Assembly: GCA_013239625.1 (NCBI GenBank)
Contig: MU054001.1
Location: forward strand, 5,195,078 to 5,259,077
Reading direction: 5' to 3'
Source of the DNA: Lama guanicoe
Lineage: Eukaryota
DNA: 64,000 nucleotides
A program made the position numbers and the translations under genes. Under the pieces are notes generated by a model that saw only the letters and a list, made by a program, of their open reading frames with translations, was not told the origin of the DNA and did not search any database. This document shows, one piece after another, positions 24,096 to 36,865 of the stretch; the stretch's first letter is position 1, and each line of letters opens with the position of its first letter.

Positions 24096-25915
24096 ACTAT
24101 TGGTACCTTTATTAAATGTTGATCAGGTGCTCATTCTTTTAAACCATCCCCTGTCAACCCCTATCCTGAGAATACATTTAGAACAAGAACCTAAAGGACC
24201 CTAAGGAAAATGTTTAGGCGTATATTTATTTTATTAAAAGGATTTTGCTAATATGACCTCTTTCAAAACAAAACATTTGAAAATGCAGTCATAGAAAGAG
24301 CCTGAATTTAGAGAAGCTAGCGGTCCTACCAACCCTAATCATTTACTTCTTGTGTAAATTTCTTTAAGCAAAAACCTTCAGGTGTCTGCAGGTGGTGGGC
24401 ATTGGAACAGTGGGTACCAAGGGGCTGCCACTAGGGCAGGAACAGTGTCCGCTACAAACAGTAACAATGGTAATGACAAGGTTCTATTCATTGAACATTG
24501 ATGATGTCCCGGGCACTGTGCTAAGCGCTTGGCATGACTTAGCTTTCTGATAACATGTCCAGGGTTGCAGGCTGCCAGCAGCAGCAGAACTGGGACTTAA
24601 CCCTGTGTCCACCTGAGACCAGAACTCATGCTCTGGTCAGTAATGTACCACTGCTCCCTGTTGCTGCTTCGTATGACCCGCTAAGATTGAAACAGCTTCA
24701 GTGGCTGCAGGGATGACCAAGGTGGGGCTGTGGTTTGGATGCTCCGCTCAGGGCCATGTGATCACCATGTTGTCTGCCTATGGGGCCGTGAAGATGACCA
24801 CAACCAGATAGCAAAGGTCCAGCCGCCTAGATGAGCCTGGGGTCTCTTCCATACTAAAAACATCACCCCAAGTCCACCGAGGAGGAAACAAACCTCCCTA
24901 GACATCAGGAAGGTGGAAGCAACAAAAAGGTGAGGGAGCAGGGGGACAGGAAGTCCTTGTTTCTCAACCAAAAAACCCCCAGATTCCTGGCGCTTCTCCC
25001 AGCTTGGCACTGGAAGAGTTAATCCAAAGCTGCCGCCGTGATGAATGGCTATAATACTGTCTACGTAATGGGTTTCCTATTTAAATTTTGTGAGGATTTA
25101 ATCAGTTGGGCGCAGCTGTGCAAGATGCACCATAAACTATGTTGAAAAATATGTAGACATATACATTTATCTGCTACAAATTAAGCTCACTTAGAGGTGG
25201 TCTTAATGGCCCATGTAGCCATCATTACAAGCATAAATTCTAAACTGTCTGTTTCCAGTGAATTTGCTTTGAGAAAAAAATTAATGCTCATCCTTAGCAG
25301 AGCATAGTAATAAATGAAAGGACCCTTAATTTGCAAAGCGCTAATAGCCCAGCCATTTTTCATTAGGAACCCCACGCTGGATCATACATGGCAGGGTGGC
25401 TTCGTGGGGAATTCCATTGCCCAGGCTGGGGAGGGATGGGGCGGGCTCTCTGGAGGCCGACCCTCTGTGGTTTACCTGCCCTGCTCAGAGGAAGGCTGAA
25501 AACCTGGCTCTAATGTGAGGTGGTGAGCCTGCCTTCCCTTCAGTCTTGGCTACATCTCTCCTCCAGAGATGCTCACCGGGCTTTGCTGTGGCCATCATGG
25601 CAAAACTTACCCAGCACCTGGGTAGCCCAACAGTGAACGCACGTTTTGGTGTTAATGAGAATATACAGCAGGTGGGAGTTTTCCCACTTTCTCTTAGGTC
25701 CCAGCACTGGGAAATGGAACAAGATGGCTGGGTTTGAATGCCACCTGCTACTTTGATATGGCCTGATCCCGGCAACTTGCTTCTCCTCAGATTCACCAAG
25801 AGCTGCTTGTTTGCAAGACAGTCTCCCATTTCCCCTTTCACTTCTTAGCTGATTCTTACCTTGCAGCAACACTAGGAGGTTGTTGCAATTATTTCCCTCA
25901 TTTTAAATATGGGGA

Positions 25916-26089
25916 CAGTGCCAGGACAGGGGTGGGGCGAGAGAGGCTTCTGGGGTGCAAAGTTTAAGGATGCACTGCTCTCAGGGTTGTGTAACTGACA
26001 AGTCTATGCTTGTAAGACCCTGATAGCGTTTTCCTCCTTAAACTTTGCTCCTTAAGGGTCTCTCTTGCTACACCCCAGTCCCAGCCTTG
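25916..26089. mobile_element. Palindromic hAT-type MITE (MER96-like) inserted in a MIR
   Basis: Inverted arms GCAAAGTTTAAGGA (25957-25970) / TCCTTAAACTTTGC (26035-26048) and inner TCAGGGT / ACCCTGA; MIR sequence on both flanks. Confidence 0.75.
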
Positions 26090-26787
26090 GAGTCTGGTAC
26101 AGAGAAGTCAAGCAACTCACCCAAGGACACATAGGTGCTAAGTGAGAGCTAGAGTCCAATTCAAACCAGCTCACTCTGAATCCCACTCTCTTTTCCATGT
26201 GCTGTGGCGATGCCCATTTTGAATCGAGAAGTTTGATTTCATTCAGCCCAAGTTGGGCACTGTCAGCCAAACTGCAGTAGAAGCTTTCACATACTTGGTC
26301 TTGTTTCATTTCTTCATAACACTGGTTTACTTTCAGAAATAATCATATCAATTCATTTAAAAAATTTGTTTGTGGCCCATACACTCCACTAGACTCTTCA
26401 CCACTTTAGTAGTTGGAAAAGTCCTTGACACGTTTTAGGTGTTCAAGAACTATTTGTTGAATAAACTATCTTATGTTGACAAACATTTGAATGAGCCATG
26501 TGAAACTAGTGTGTGTGTCCTCAAGCTGGTCTAGATGGGCTAGAAACATCTAAAAGGTTGGGTTTACTTGCTGTCCTTGAGTATAGGGTGTTCTCACGCT
26601 TGGCCATCCTGGGAGAAAGAACTGGTCTTGGAAAATCCAACCAGACAGAAATGCATATCTGGGTTGGTTTGTTCTGGTCCTTGTCCAGTAATCAGAAATG
26701 TAGAAACACTCAGCAGTTAACAAAGTTTCTGATGGCGAGAGTTGGGGTTGTGCTAGAAAGAGGTAGGAAAAATAAAATGCTGAAAAT

Positions 26788-27148
26788 CACTATTTACAAT
26801 AGCCAAGACATGGAAGCAGCCTAAATGTTCATGGACAGATGACTGGATAAAGAAGATGTGGTGTATATATACAGTGGAATACTACTCAGCCATGAAAAAT
26901 GAAATAATGCCATTTGCAGCAACATGGATGGACCTGGAGATTATAACACTAAGAGAAGTAAGTCAGATAAAAATAAATATCATATGATGTCACTTATATG
27001 TGGAATCTAAAAGAGGATACAAATGAACATATTTACAAAACAAAAATAGATTCACAGACATAGAAACATGTAAAATGGGTACAGGGAAGGGATAAATTGG
27101 GAGTTTGGGATTAACATATACACACTACTATAAAAAATTAAAGATAGT
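26788..27148 (+). mobile_element. L1 fragment truncated at both 5' and 3' ends, with TSD
   Basis: ORF2 end plus proximal 3'UTR; perfect 19-bp TSD AAAATAAAATGCTGAAAAT at 26769-26787 and 27149-27167. Confidence 0.92.
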
Positions 27149-28159
27149 AAAATAAAATGCTGAAAATTAGAATCTTAATAAAAATGTTTATTGAAACCTG
27201 CCCAGTGGCAAAGGCACCAGCATGGCACCCCCAGCAATGTCTTGAGTGGCATGCCGGAGAGCTCCTTTTAGACCTTAGAGGTGGCTCCCAAGCTCTCTCC
27301 CTCTGCCTCTGGTCAGCTGGCCCAGCTTCCCTATTTGAGACAAGACGTCAAGTGGAAGACTAGTCATCTCCCCTCCACACCACCTCTAGGAAGGCTCCCA
27401 ATGTGCCCCACAGCATTTCCAGAGAAAGTGCCAGAGGAGGAGAATAAATCTCTACATACCTGGCCCACGGTTCTGAACGATTTAACAGTTGACAAGGTTG
27501 TGGAAACAGGCACGTGTTCTTAATCGCGTTAGCATCACTGCCATCAAAACTGATGAAATTAGGAGCAGCCAGAGAGAAGCCCGTGCCCTAGGCTGAGTGT
27601 CTGGGAGAGGGGGTCATGGGCAGCTGCACCTCCCCTTCCCCTGGATGGGGTCCACTGGGCAGGGTCCACATAGGATGGTTCCAGTGGGCACTAGCCAGCC
27701 TGGCTGAGTGGGTGGCCAAGTACAGTATTGGGGTCCACCCACAGAGAAAGCTGAATTCCTAACAAATTTCAATGATAATGTATTGAAAGTTAAATATATG
27801 ATCAGACACTACAAAGATATTCAACTCTTTTTTTTACAGCAATGAGGGTGGAACACTGATCTGAATCCATGCCCATCTGCCTCTAACAGCTTCTAAGCCA
27901 GCTCCCCTCTGCCTATGGAACCCCAGTCCCCACCCCCTCACCTGCCTCACCTGACATCACTTCCTCTAGATACTCCCTCTGTTGCCTTATCCTGCCCCAG
28001 ACTGTTTGGAAGTCACTGGCAGCATCCTCAGAGCTCCTAGCAGGTACAACTCTGGCCCCAACTTTAGTCCTTCCCAAGTGGCCCCAGGAGGCCACAGTGC
28101 TTCATCTCTTAGCCCATCTATAAACAAGAATTAGGGCTCATAGTAACTGAATAAAGTAC

Positions 28160-28310
28160 ACCAGAGCATCCCAAACTTTAAGGTGCAAAGAATCCCCAGG
28201 GGACCTTGTTCACAGCAGATTCTCATTCATCAGGTCTGGAAATCTGCATTTCCAACAAGTTCCAGGAGAGGTCTGTGCTGCTGGTCCTGGGGCCACCCTC
28301 TGAGCAGCAA
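28160..28310. mobile_element. MER5A-type MITE
   Basis: CCCAAACTTTAAGGTGCAAAGAATCCCCAGGGGACCTTGTT...ATCTGCATTTCCAACAAGTTCCAGG...CTGCTGGTCC. Confidence 0.75.
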
Positions 28311-29389
28311 GGGTCCATCTGCTATGAGTGCAGAGAGGTGGGGCCCGCCCACAACTCTTCTCTAAGAGATGAGGAGGTCAGGCTGCCTGAAATCTTGCCA
28401 CTCTCTCAATTCTTTCAGAGCAGGTGAGCCATCAGCCCAGACTAGCCCTTAAAGAGCATTTTACTGGATGCTCTACACGTGTGGTAAGTTTCACCTGAAA
28501 TGAGAGGCTGCCGTTAGAGCCGTTCCTAACACGCAGGTTGGGTAGTGGGGTTGAGGGGTGAGATTGCACTGAACACAGGGCCAGCACAGCCGGGCTGGGA
28601 CACGCCTGGGCTTGGAGGCCCGCCTGCACGGGTTTGTTTCCTGACTGCCACTGACAGCCTGGGGGGCCTTGGGCAGATTACTCAACCTTCCTGTGTCCCG
28701 GGCGCTGCACCTTTAATATGAGGTCATCGCTGTGTTTAGCATGGTGAGAGCTGGCCAAGGAGACGCACGTTCCGGATGAACCCTAAGTGCTGGGCCAGTG
28801 TCAGCTGTTCTTGCCAGTTACCTAACACACAATGCAGGCATGTCTTAGGCAGACTTCAACCCAGAAGGCTCTCAGGGCAGCGCTCAGACCCAAACTGGAG
28901 ACCCCAGGGGCCACAGGAGCTGCCACACAGCTGTTACGATTGAAGTGGCATAGAGTCACCTGCCTGTAACAAAGCATGTTTTAAACCAGAGACTTGCTCA
29001 CAGGTTGACACAAAGAGATGTAAATTCAAGCCAGCAATCTGCTCCCTGGCCCCCCACCCTCCGCCACGGCCCAGGCCAGGTGCCAGTGGGGCTCAGCCTG
29101 CCTGACTCTCTGGGCAGGTCAGTTGGCCTGTCCCGGCCCCGCCCCGCCCTCTGTGGAGCCCTCAGAAACTCAGCCTCCCCAGGGGGACTAGCACTTTTCA
29201 TGTGTCTCCATCTCTTTCCACGGGATCTGCTTCCCGACTTAAGCAAAATGGAAGAATTACGAAGCTGAGCATTGCCAGATGGAAAAGGCTTCTCTCGTTC
29301 ACTCTCATCCTGCAGGTCTCAATTATTCTTGTCCCAGGCAGGTTTGACCTGATGTCAAAGCTGAAAAGTAGAACTCCAGCATCATTCTC

Positions 29390-29780
29390 TCTCAGAACAC
29401 TGCCACCATTTCTAACTGCATATTTTTGTCCACTTATTTTCTGTCCATTTCCCCTGCTGGACTGTGAGGGCCACGAGGGCAGGGCTGTGCCTGCTTCGCT
29501 CTTTGCTCCATCCCCAGGCCCAGCCCACAGTCGCGATGGCTAGACTGTATCATGTTGATTATGCCCTCTGTGTGCCTACTTTTCTAGGGAATTTTCCATG
29601 CTTTATCTCCTCCTTTTCTCACAACCCCTCTATGAGGTGAGTACTATTATTCAACCTGTTTTTATAGACGAGCAAACACAATCAGAGACATTCAGTAACT
29701 TACTTGAGATCACACAGGAAGTAGTGGATCCACAAGCCTGTCCAGGTCTGGCTGGCGTCAGAACCAGCCCTCTTACTCAG
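29390..29780. mobile_element. L2 fragment (+) followed by MIR (-)
   Basis: GGACTGTGAGGGCCACGAGGGCAGGGCTGTG; CTCACAACCCCTCTATGAGGTGAGTACTATTATT...TTTTATAGACGAG. Confidence 0.65.
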
Positions 29781-30654
29781 GAAACCAGGCCATCTGTCAT
29801 GTCACAGATGCTGAAAAGGAATTTACTATGAATGAATGGATGGTTTGAATCCCTCGGTCTAATCCAGTCCAATCTGAACTCACCCAAGTCAGTTAATTTG
29901 TTCAACCAGTACTCACTGGGTACTTTGCAGGGTGCTAGGATGTGCTGTGGGCACCGTATCTTCAGGGAAGTTACTGGTGGCCGCTGCAAGAGAAGCCGGT
30001 GTGTGAATAACCAGCCAGCTGCCTTGAATTCTCTCCCACCTGCCCAATTAGCTCATCGGTGCCCTCAGGACACTTGAATCTCCTGGCTGAGTCTGACATG
30101 CAAGTGGCATTCCCTGGTCTTGGCACTACCTCTCCATCCTTTGTTTAGAGATGCAGACACCAAGGCCCAGAGAAGCTAGGCAACTTTCCCAAGGGAACAC
30201 AGCTAAGAAGGAATAGAAAGAAGATTTGAATGCTTCCCGACTGGCTCTGGAACCCCCATGACAACCTCAATGTTAACAAACAAACAAAAGATGTAAAAGG
30301 GTGCTCTAGAGTCATTCAGTCTGAGCTTTCTCACATGCAGTTGAAGACAGAGTCAGCTACAGGCAGGCAAGGACTTGTGTGCACAGCCAGGGAGGAGCTG
30401 AGCCAGGGCCCCCAGTCCAGGGCAGTGACCAACAGGCCTCCTTTTCCTTGCACCTATAATGGGCAAGGACCTGCTTCTAGCAGAGCAAAATGTCAGAAAT
30501 AAGAAAAGAAAAAAAAGTCTGATAGAATGCTTCAAAAAGAATGAGAGCTATGCAGGCAAGAGAAATGAGTTCAAGTTCCACACCTTTTTTCTGGAAATTC
30601 TTTCCAATAGACTTCAGCTCTGAAGCCATTTATAGGAAATACCAGGGGCAAGAC

Positions 30655-31200
30655 AGTAGTTAGTTTCCAAACTTCAGCCATCCACGTGGCCGCCTCCAGG
30701 AGATTTTTCACACCCACAGACCACCTGTACGGTTAATTACTTAATGCTTTAAATGCACTCACTTTAAGAAACTTAAATACTTTTTTTTAATTTATGAAAA
30801 ATACAGTTATTTAAAAACAATCAAAAATACAGTTATTTAAAAACAATCATTAAAAAACTCTAAGTGGAAAATGAATAATATTAGGTGGTAACATTAAAAA
30901 TAAATACGATGAAAACAAATAACAAATGTTATTAAATACAAACCAGATATTGGTGCCTAGTCTCAACCAGAGGTCTGCTCTGTTTGTGACCAAGAAGAGA
31001 GAAATACCCTTAAAGAAATACAAAGGCATGCGGCCACCAAACTAAGCCTTCTCCCTGCTGTCATCAAGAGTAAAAGTAAAGTGGGAAAGGGAACAGTTTT
31101 CTCTCTAGATAAATCAACATAATTTAATGCCATTTGATGCCACAGGCCATCTGAAACCTCTCTGAGCATCATCAATAGAACAGGTCACAGCCTGGGAGCC
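30655..31200. mobile_element. Old hAT-Charlie-type DNA transposon relic
   Basis: CAGTAG...TTTCCAAACTT start, CCACCTGTAC...TTACTTAAT, AT-rich body; family not resolved. Confidence 0.45.
30797..30848. repeat. Perfect 26-bp tandem duplication
   Basis: AAAAATACAGTTATTTAAAAACAATC x2. Confidence 0.95.
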
Positions 31201-32439
31201 ATTGGAGTTGGGGAGAAAAAGAGCAGGGCAAGACCTTTCTCGGCCACCCGTTAGAGGTGTGACTTTGGACAAGCCACATCTTTTCTCAGGGCCTCAGTTT
31301 TCCCACCTGTAAAATGCAAGGCTAGACTAGAATTTAGCTACTAGGTGACCTCTCTGGCCCTTCTGAGACTCAGATTCTTTAACTTAATTCAGGGCAAGTG
31401 ATATTGCAGCAAAGTCCAGCATACGGAAATCGAGGATGTGTCCTGTAGGAGCAGTTCAAAAAGACCACCATCTCCACACAGGGCTCATTTCTGGGCTGAA
31501 ATCAAGTTTCACGACTGTTTAGAAAGGCTTCCTCCATTGGCAAAGGCCATTCAGATGGGTGAAGAAGGGCCGGGAGCCTGGGCAGGAGGAGGACTCGGCA
31601 AATAAAAGCCCATTCAATTCAAGAAAACCAGCCTTAGCGGCAGGTGGAGTGGCTCGCTTTGTTTAGAATATTTTGTAACCAGTAGGATTATCTGCAATGA
31701 TAAAATTCATACCTCCCAGCCTTCAAATAAAGATGTCCCCTGGAGGGTATTCATGGCATCATTGTTGTTGGAAAGAGAAAGCGAGAGCGCCGGGTGACTC
31801 CATTGTGTGTGGAATAAAGGGGCTGGGAAACAGATCTATTTTGGTATTAGCTCACCGCAGACCACTGCGCCCCGAGATCGACTCATTCCTGGGCCACAAC
31901 AGCTCCCCTCCAGGAAGCTGGGATGTATTTCCAGCAAACAAGCACAGGCCTGGACACCCTCGGGGCAAGGGCCTGATTCAGGGGCACAAAGGAATGCAGG
32001 CACTATGTGCTCCCGCGGCTGCCCCGCATGCGTCCTCCACACACCTGGGCCCACTGGCCGCCCCCACCCCAGGCTCACGGCTTCTCCAGCTGCAACAGCA
32101 AAAGGCCCCCCACCTTTCTTCTCTGTGCCTTGAATTGTTTCTGGTCACCTCTGGGGACACTGTGAACTAAAGGACAACACTTGGCCCTAGCCAAGGGTGA
32201 GGATGTCTCAGGAGACACAAAGCCACCCTCCTCATTCTCTGGGACTAGGTATTCATTACTTACATTTTCCAAATTCTGCTTGACATCCACAGGGTTCCTC
32301 CAGGAAGTGCTGGAGCCAGAATCTGAGCCCTGGCTTACTGTTCACAGTCTTGGCTCTTAACCGCTGTGTAAGGCCCTGACAGTGGCAGGTGGCCCCCGTT
32401 GGTGCATGGAGCTCAGCTCTCAGAGGCTGGCAACGTAGC

Positions 32440-32590
32440 TGTTCCCCAAGCCTCAGTTTTCTCATCTTTGAAACAGGATAGTGATATTAAGTACCTCACA
32501 GAGTGCAAAGAATAAGTGAGGTCAAACCTGTTCTATCCTCAGCACAGGGCCTGTCACACAGGAGATGCTCAGTAAACACTGGCGACTATT
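32440..32590 (+). mobile_element. MIR
   Basis: AGCCTCAGTTTTCTCATCTTTGAAACAGGATAGTGATA...TACCTCACAGAG...GATGCTCAGTAAAC. Confidence 0.75.
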
Positions 32591-35500
32591 CCTGGGAGCT
32601 GCTTGTCTGTCCCCGTTGCTGAGCACCATCTTTGCCTGTTCTTGCAGGCTCCACCACAGAGGTCCCATAGCTTCCTCCAGCCCCAACTTGGGAGCTGTGG
32701 CAGGTCAGCGCTGAAACAATGGCCGAGTCCCTCTGGTCAATTTGTGGACAAGACTAAGAAAGGACCAAGTCTTGCCCATCCTCAGAGCAAATGAGCAGAA
32801 CCAGGAGTCTCCAGGGAATGGGGTTCCCACGCCCACCTAGCTCTTGCTGCCTACCCCAGTTCCTACCTCACACTGAGGCCCTGGGGGGCTCATATCCTTC
32901 ATCCAAACTAGCTCCCTGGCAGGACAGGGCCAGGTGGAGACAGAGAAGGGGCAGCCTAGGCCCATAACTCAACCAAGTCACCTGGCAGCTGCTCCCAGCA
33001 CTGACGCCGTTAAATCTCCCGCATCTGTTCTCTGTGCTAACAGCGCATGTAGAGGCCTCTTCCCCCTTCCTTCGGAGGCTTGGCGGCCACGCTTGCTCTA
33101 ACTGCTGAATTTTAGCCCCACGCTGCCTACCCAGTCACTTCCCCCCTTGTACCCTGTCCTCCCCCACCCATCAGCCACCCCATCCCCTTAGTCCTGGCCA
33201 CACCCAAAGACCAGAGAGTTAGGCCAGATCTAAAAATCACTAAGGACAATGACGGTCATCACATGCAGGGGTCAGCGGCTGAGGCAGAGCCGACTCCTGA
33301 CTGTGGAGACGAATGCTTCCTTCCCCCTACCTTTCCCCTTCCTTTAGAACAGAGTCCTTGACCCTGGAAAATCTTAAACATTCCCGTGGACAGGCCCCAC
33401 CCCAGACGAAAAAATCAGAAGCCTGAAGGTCAGGGCCAGGCTTGGCAAATCTTTCCAGGTTATTCTAACACCTAGCTATGGCTGAGAACCACAGGTGAAA
33501 GCTGGATTTGGAGGGATGAAAGTTCTCCATGAGCCTTTGTCAGCCACACCTGAGGACACAGAGGCCTCCCGGTCGGCCCCCAGCCTCTGTGACGGCAGGG
33601 CGATCGCCCTGAGTACACAGACATGTGACCTCTAGGTGAGGATTCAGCATTTCCTCAACTGTACCTTGGACCGGGATGGCACTGGTGGCACAGTGTTACT
33701 GAAGGAAGGAAGGGAGTGATCATGTAAGCATCAGCCCTTACACAGCAGGCCTGATGGATGTGGTCCTTCCATCTCAGGGCCTCCCCTGCCCTGGGCCCAT
33801 GCCTTTTCCCTGGTGCTGCTGTATTGGAATCAAACAATGTGACGACCTCTGAAGGAGCTGACCACATTTCTGTCTCTGCTTCCTGTCTCTGGGGACACAC
33901 GATGGGTCTACCGGTGAGCTCACTGGATAGGGGAAGCAGACAGATGCCAAGGATGAATCTGAGTGTTGCTGTGGAAAACGAGAGCTTCCCTCCTCTCAGT
34001 ACTTGTTGGAGCAACACCTCTATGATGCCACTTACCATGTTTTGGTGATTGTAGGGTTTTATTTTTAACGCTATGGATTTTTTAAAAATATGCAATTAGC
34101 AATCAAAAATTTAAACATAAAAAATATGCAGTGATGTGACTTGTGTACAAATCATTTTTAAACTCCAGATGCTAGCTCTCATTGTAAACACAGGGAATAC
34201 GAATGCCTGTGTGTCCCCTGTTGCGAGCAGACTGCCGGGGGCGGGGTGGGGGGAGGAGCACTCATGCACCCCCCAGCCCCCAGGAGCTGGCATTAGCACC
34301 TCAGTGGGAGGAACTTTGAGGCAGGCCTGCGAGGGCATCTTTATTTCTGCTAGAATTCCTCTCCAGCCTGTCACATCACTGAGGTATCAGGAGAGGACCT
34401 GGACAAGCTTGCCTCAGAGTTTGGGTCTGAGCTCTAGATCTTTAAGGACCAAGTCACAATGACTTTCAGAGTCTCGGTTTTCTCATCCATGAAATGGGGA
34501 TAGTGACATTTTCCACGCTGGGCTCCTTGGTGGGTTCCGTGAGATAACATGGGTATGAAAATATCTAATTTGCTGCAGAAAACGGAACAGGCACAGCTTG
34601 AGCAAACTTGTTTTCTCCTAAATATTTCATCCTGGGAAACGCAAGCCAGCTCCTCCTACCTCGATGGGGAAGCCCTGGGTCTTTGGGAGCCTATTAGCTG
34701 AGCCCAGTGGAGAGTTAAACATCCAAACTGACAAAGGGCTGGAGCGATTTCAGAACACCCCACTGCCCCAGCAGATGGTCCTGGGCCAGATGGCTTGGGA
34801 GGAGGGGCGGGGCGTGGGGGGTCCAGGTGTTTGTTGTGGCAGCAGAGCTGTGAGAGGAAGAGTTCACTTGTTTGCCTTCCCGCCCTCCCTCAGATTTGTC
34901 CCGCAGGGGAGGGACGCTGCCCAGCCTGGACAGATGTGCAGACTGGGAAGGTTTCCAGGTACAGTTTTGGGAAAGTGGGCAATTAACCCCATGCCAGGAC
35001 TTGCTCCAGCAAATTGAGAAGTAGGCGCCTCGGTGCTTTTTGGCTCTCCTGCTGATGGTTCCTTACTTTCAACCAATGACCCTTAGCAAGGTAGAGGTCC
35101 ATGCTCCAACCCCGCATCTCCTACCTCTCTCTCCCTCCAGCCCCCTTGAAACTTACCCATCTTAATTCATTTTCCCCCAGGACTTTATTCTCGTCAACTG
35201 AAGCAGGTAATTAGTTGCAACCCTCTCTGCCAAGGATTTGGACCCTCGTGCATCTCCTCCCAGGACTCTCCAAGCCACGACTCTTACTCTGAGAATTTTA
35301 GTGCCACCACAGGTCAGGGAGGAGAGCGGGTGTGGTGGGCTTTTCACATCATTTGGGAGCGTCCCTGCTCCACCCTTGTGAGAGGCCCTGCAGAGAGAGC
35401 CAAGGAATTTCTACTTGTTAGCTGTGCAACTTCCAGCGAGTCATTAACCTCTCTGGGCCTCAGCCCTGAGCATCCATCATTAAATGGAAATAAGAGGAGG

Positions 35501-35678
35501 GACTAACAGAGCACTTCAAAGGCCCAATGGCATCAGATGGAAATGAGGGAACGCATTTCAGGCACTTACCACAAAGCCTTCCACACTTCTAATGGTGAGT
35601 TGCATTTGGGGGCTGGGGGCCAGCCAAGAACTCCACTCATGTGGTCTTGAAGAATCAGTGTTTAGAGGTTTAGGGGCT

Positions 35679-36112
35679 TGTATTAGTTTCCTGAGGCTGC
35701 TGTGACAAAGGACTGGGTAGCTTAAATAGCAGAAATGTATTATCTCACAGTTCTAGAGGCTGGAAATCCAAGATCAAGCTGCCAGCCGTCTGCTTCCCTC
35801 TGATCTGCTTCAGGCCTCTCTCCTTGGCTCGTTGATGGCTATCTTCTCCCTGTGAATCTTCACATTGTCTTCCCTCTTCAAGTGCCTGTCTAAGTGTCCA
35901 ACTTTCCCCTTTTAATAAGGACATCAGTCGTGCTGGATAAGGGCCCTGTGCTATTCAGTAAGTTAAGACCTCATCTTAACTAATTACATCTGTAAAGATC
36001 CTATCTCCTATCTACTTGTAAGGTACCTGTCAGGTACCACATTATCAGGTAATGCAGTTAGGAATTCAACATAAAATTTTTTTTTTTGCAGGGGGTACAC
36101 AAATCAATAACA
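35679..36112 (-). mobile_element. MaLR solo LTR (MLT1A-C type)
   Basis: TGTATTAGTTTCCTGAGGCTGCTGTGACAAA...TCTCACAGTTCTAGAGGCTGGAAATCCAAGATCAAG; 5-bp TSD GGGCT at 35674-35678 and 36628-36632. Confidence 0.88.
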
Positions 36113-36114
36113 AG

Positions 36115-36625
36115 TGTGAATGCAAAATATTGCCAGCCATATCAGTAAACAAGGGATGCTACAGCCATCAACTCATCAGCTGCTACCGCCACCCCCAACA
36201 GTGAGTGGAGGAAACTCAGGATGCGGACAAGCAGGCAGCCTGGCCTCTGCAGCCACCCCAGTGTTGCCCCCGCCCCGGAGGAACTCAAGACATGAAAGAA
36301 TAGGACACCAGCCCTAGGCAGTTAGATGCATATCAAAGGAATGATTTCAGTGAGCCCAGACCTTTGCACCTTTCCATACAAAGAGAAGTGCTAAACTCCT
36401 TAACTTGAGATACCTGATTTTCTTTAATTAATAGTAATCTTTTGATGGTCTGACTACCTGGTCTTTGTTACAAAAACTCATATATGCAGGCTTCTACCTT
36501 GACACTTTGAAACAGCTTCTTAGGGTGACCTGAGATGTTGTTGTGTCCCAGGCTCAAGCCCTAAGAAAATCCACCAAATAAAACATAACTCAACTCTGAG
36601 GTTGTGTGCTTTATTTCAGTTGACA
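36115..36625 (+). mobile_element. ERV1-type solo LTR
   Basis: TG...CA ends, AATAAA near 36577, TATA-like ATATAT near 36480, 4-bp TSD CAAG/CAGG. Confidence 0.8.
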
Positions 36626-36649
36626 CAGGGCTAAACTTGGCTCTGCTAT

Positions 36650-36865
36650 CCTACAGGCCTGAATTCCAGCGGTGTGGGAACCTGACTTACAGAAGCCTTT
36701 CAATAAGTCTAAGCCTCAGTTTCCTCATCTGTAAAATATATTAATAATGGGCTCTACTTGGAGGGGATATTTTCAGGCAGAGCTGAGACAGTGTCTGTAA
36801 AGCATTCACCTTGTGGGTTAACACAAGGTAAGTCTTCAAAAGACATCGGTTGTTATTATGATTAT
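36650..36865 (+). mobile_element. MIR
   Basis: CTAAGCCTCAGTTTCCTCATCTGTAAAAT core. Confidence 0.8.

Noticed and set aside
31697..32170. 157-aa ORF and overlapping ORFs
   Set aside because: GC-rich sequence with ORFs on both strands, no recognisable homology or exon structure; expected by chance.
35157..35387. Possible minus-strand exon (GG|GTAAGT donor) and a plus-strand 26-bp micro-exon
   Set aside because: Splice-like motifs on both strands with no recognisable coding frame or partner exons.
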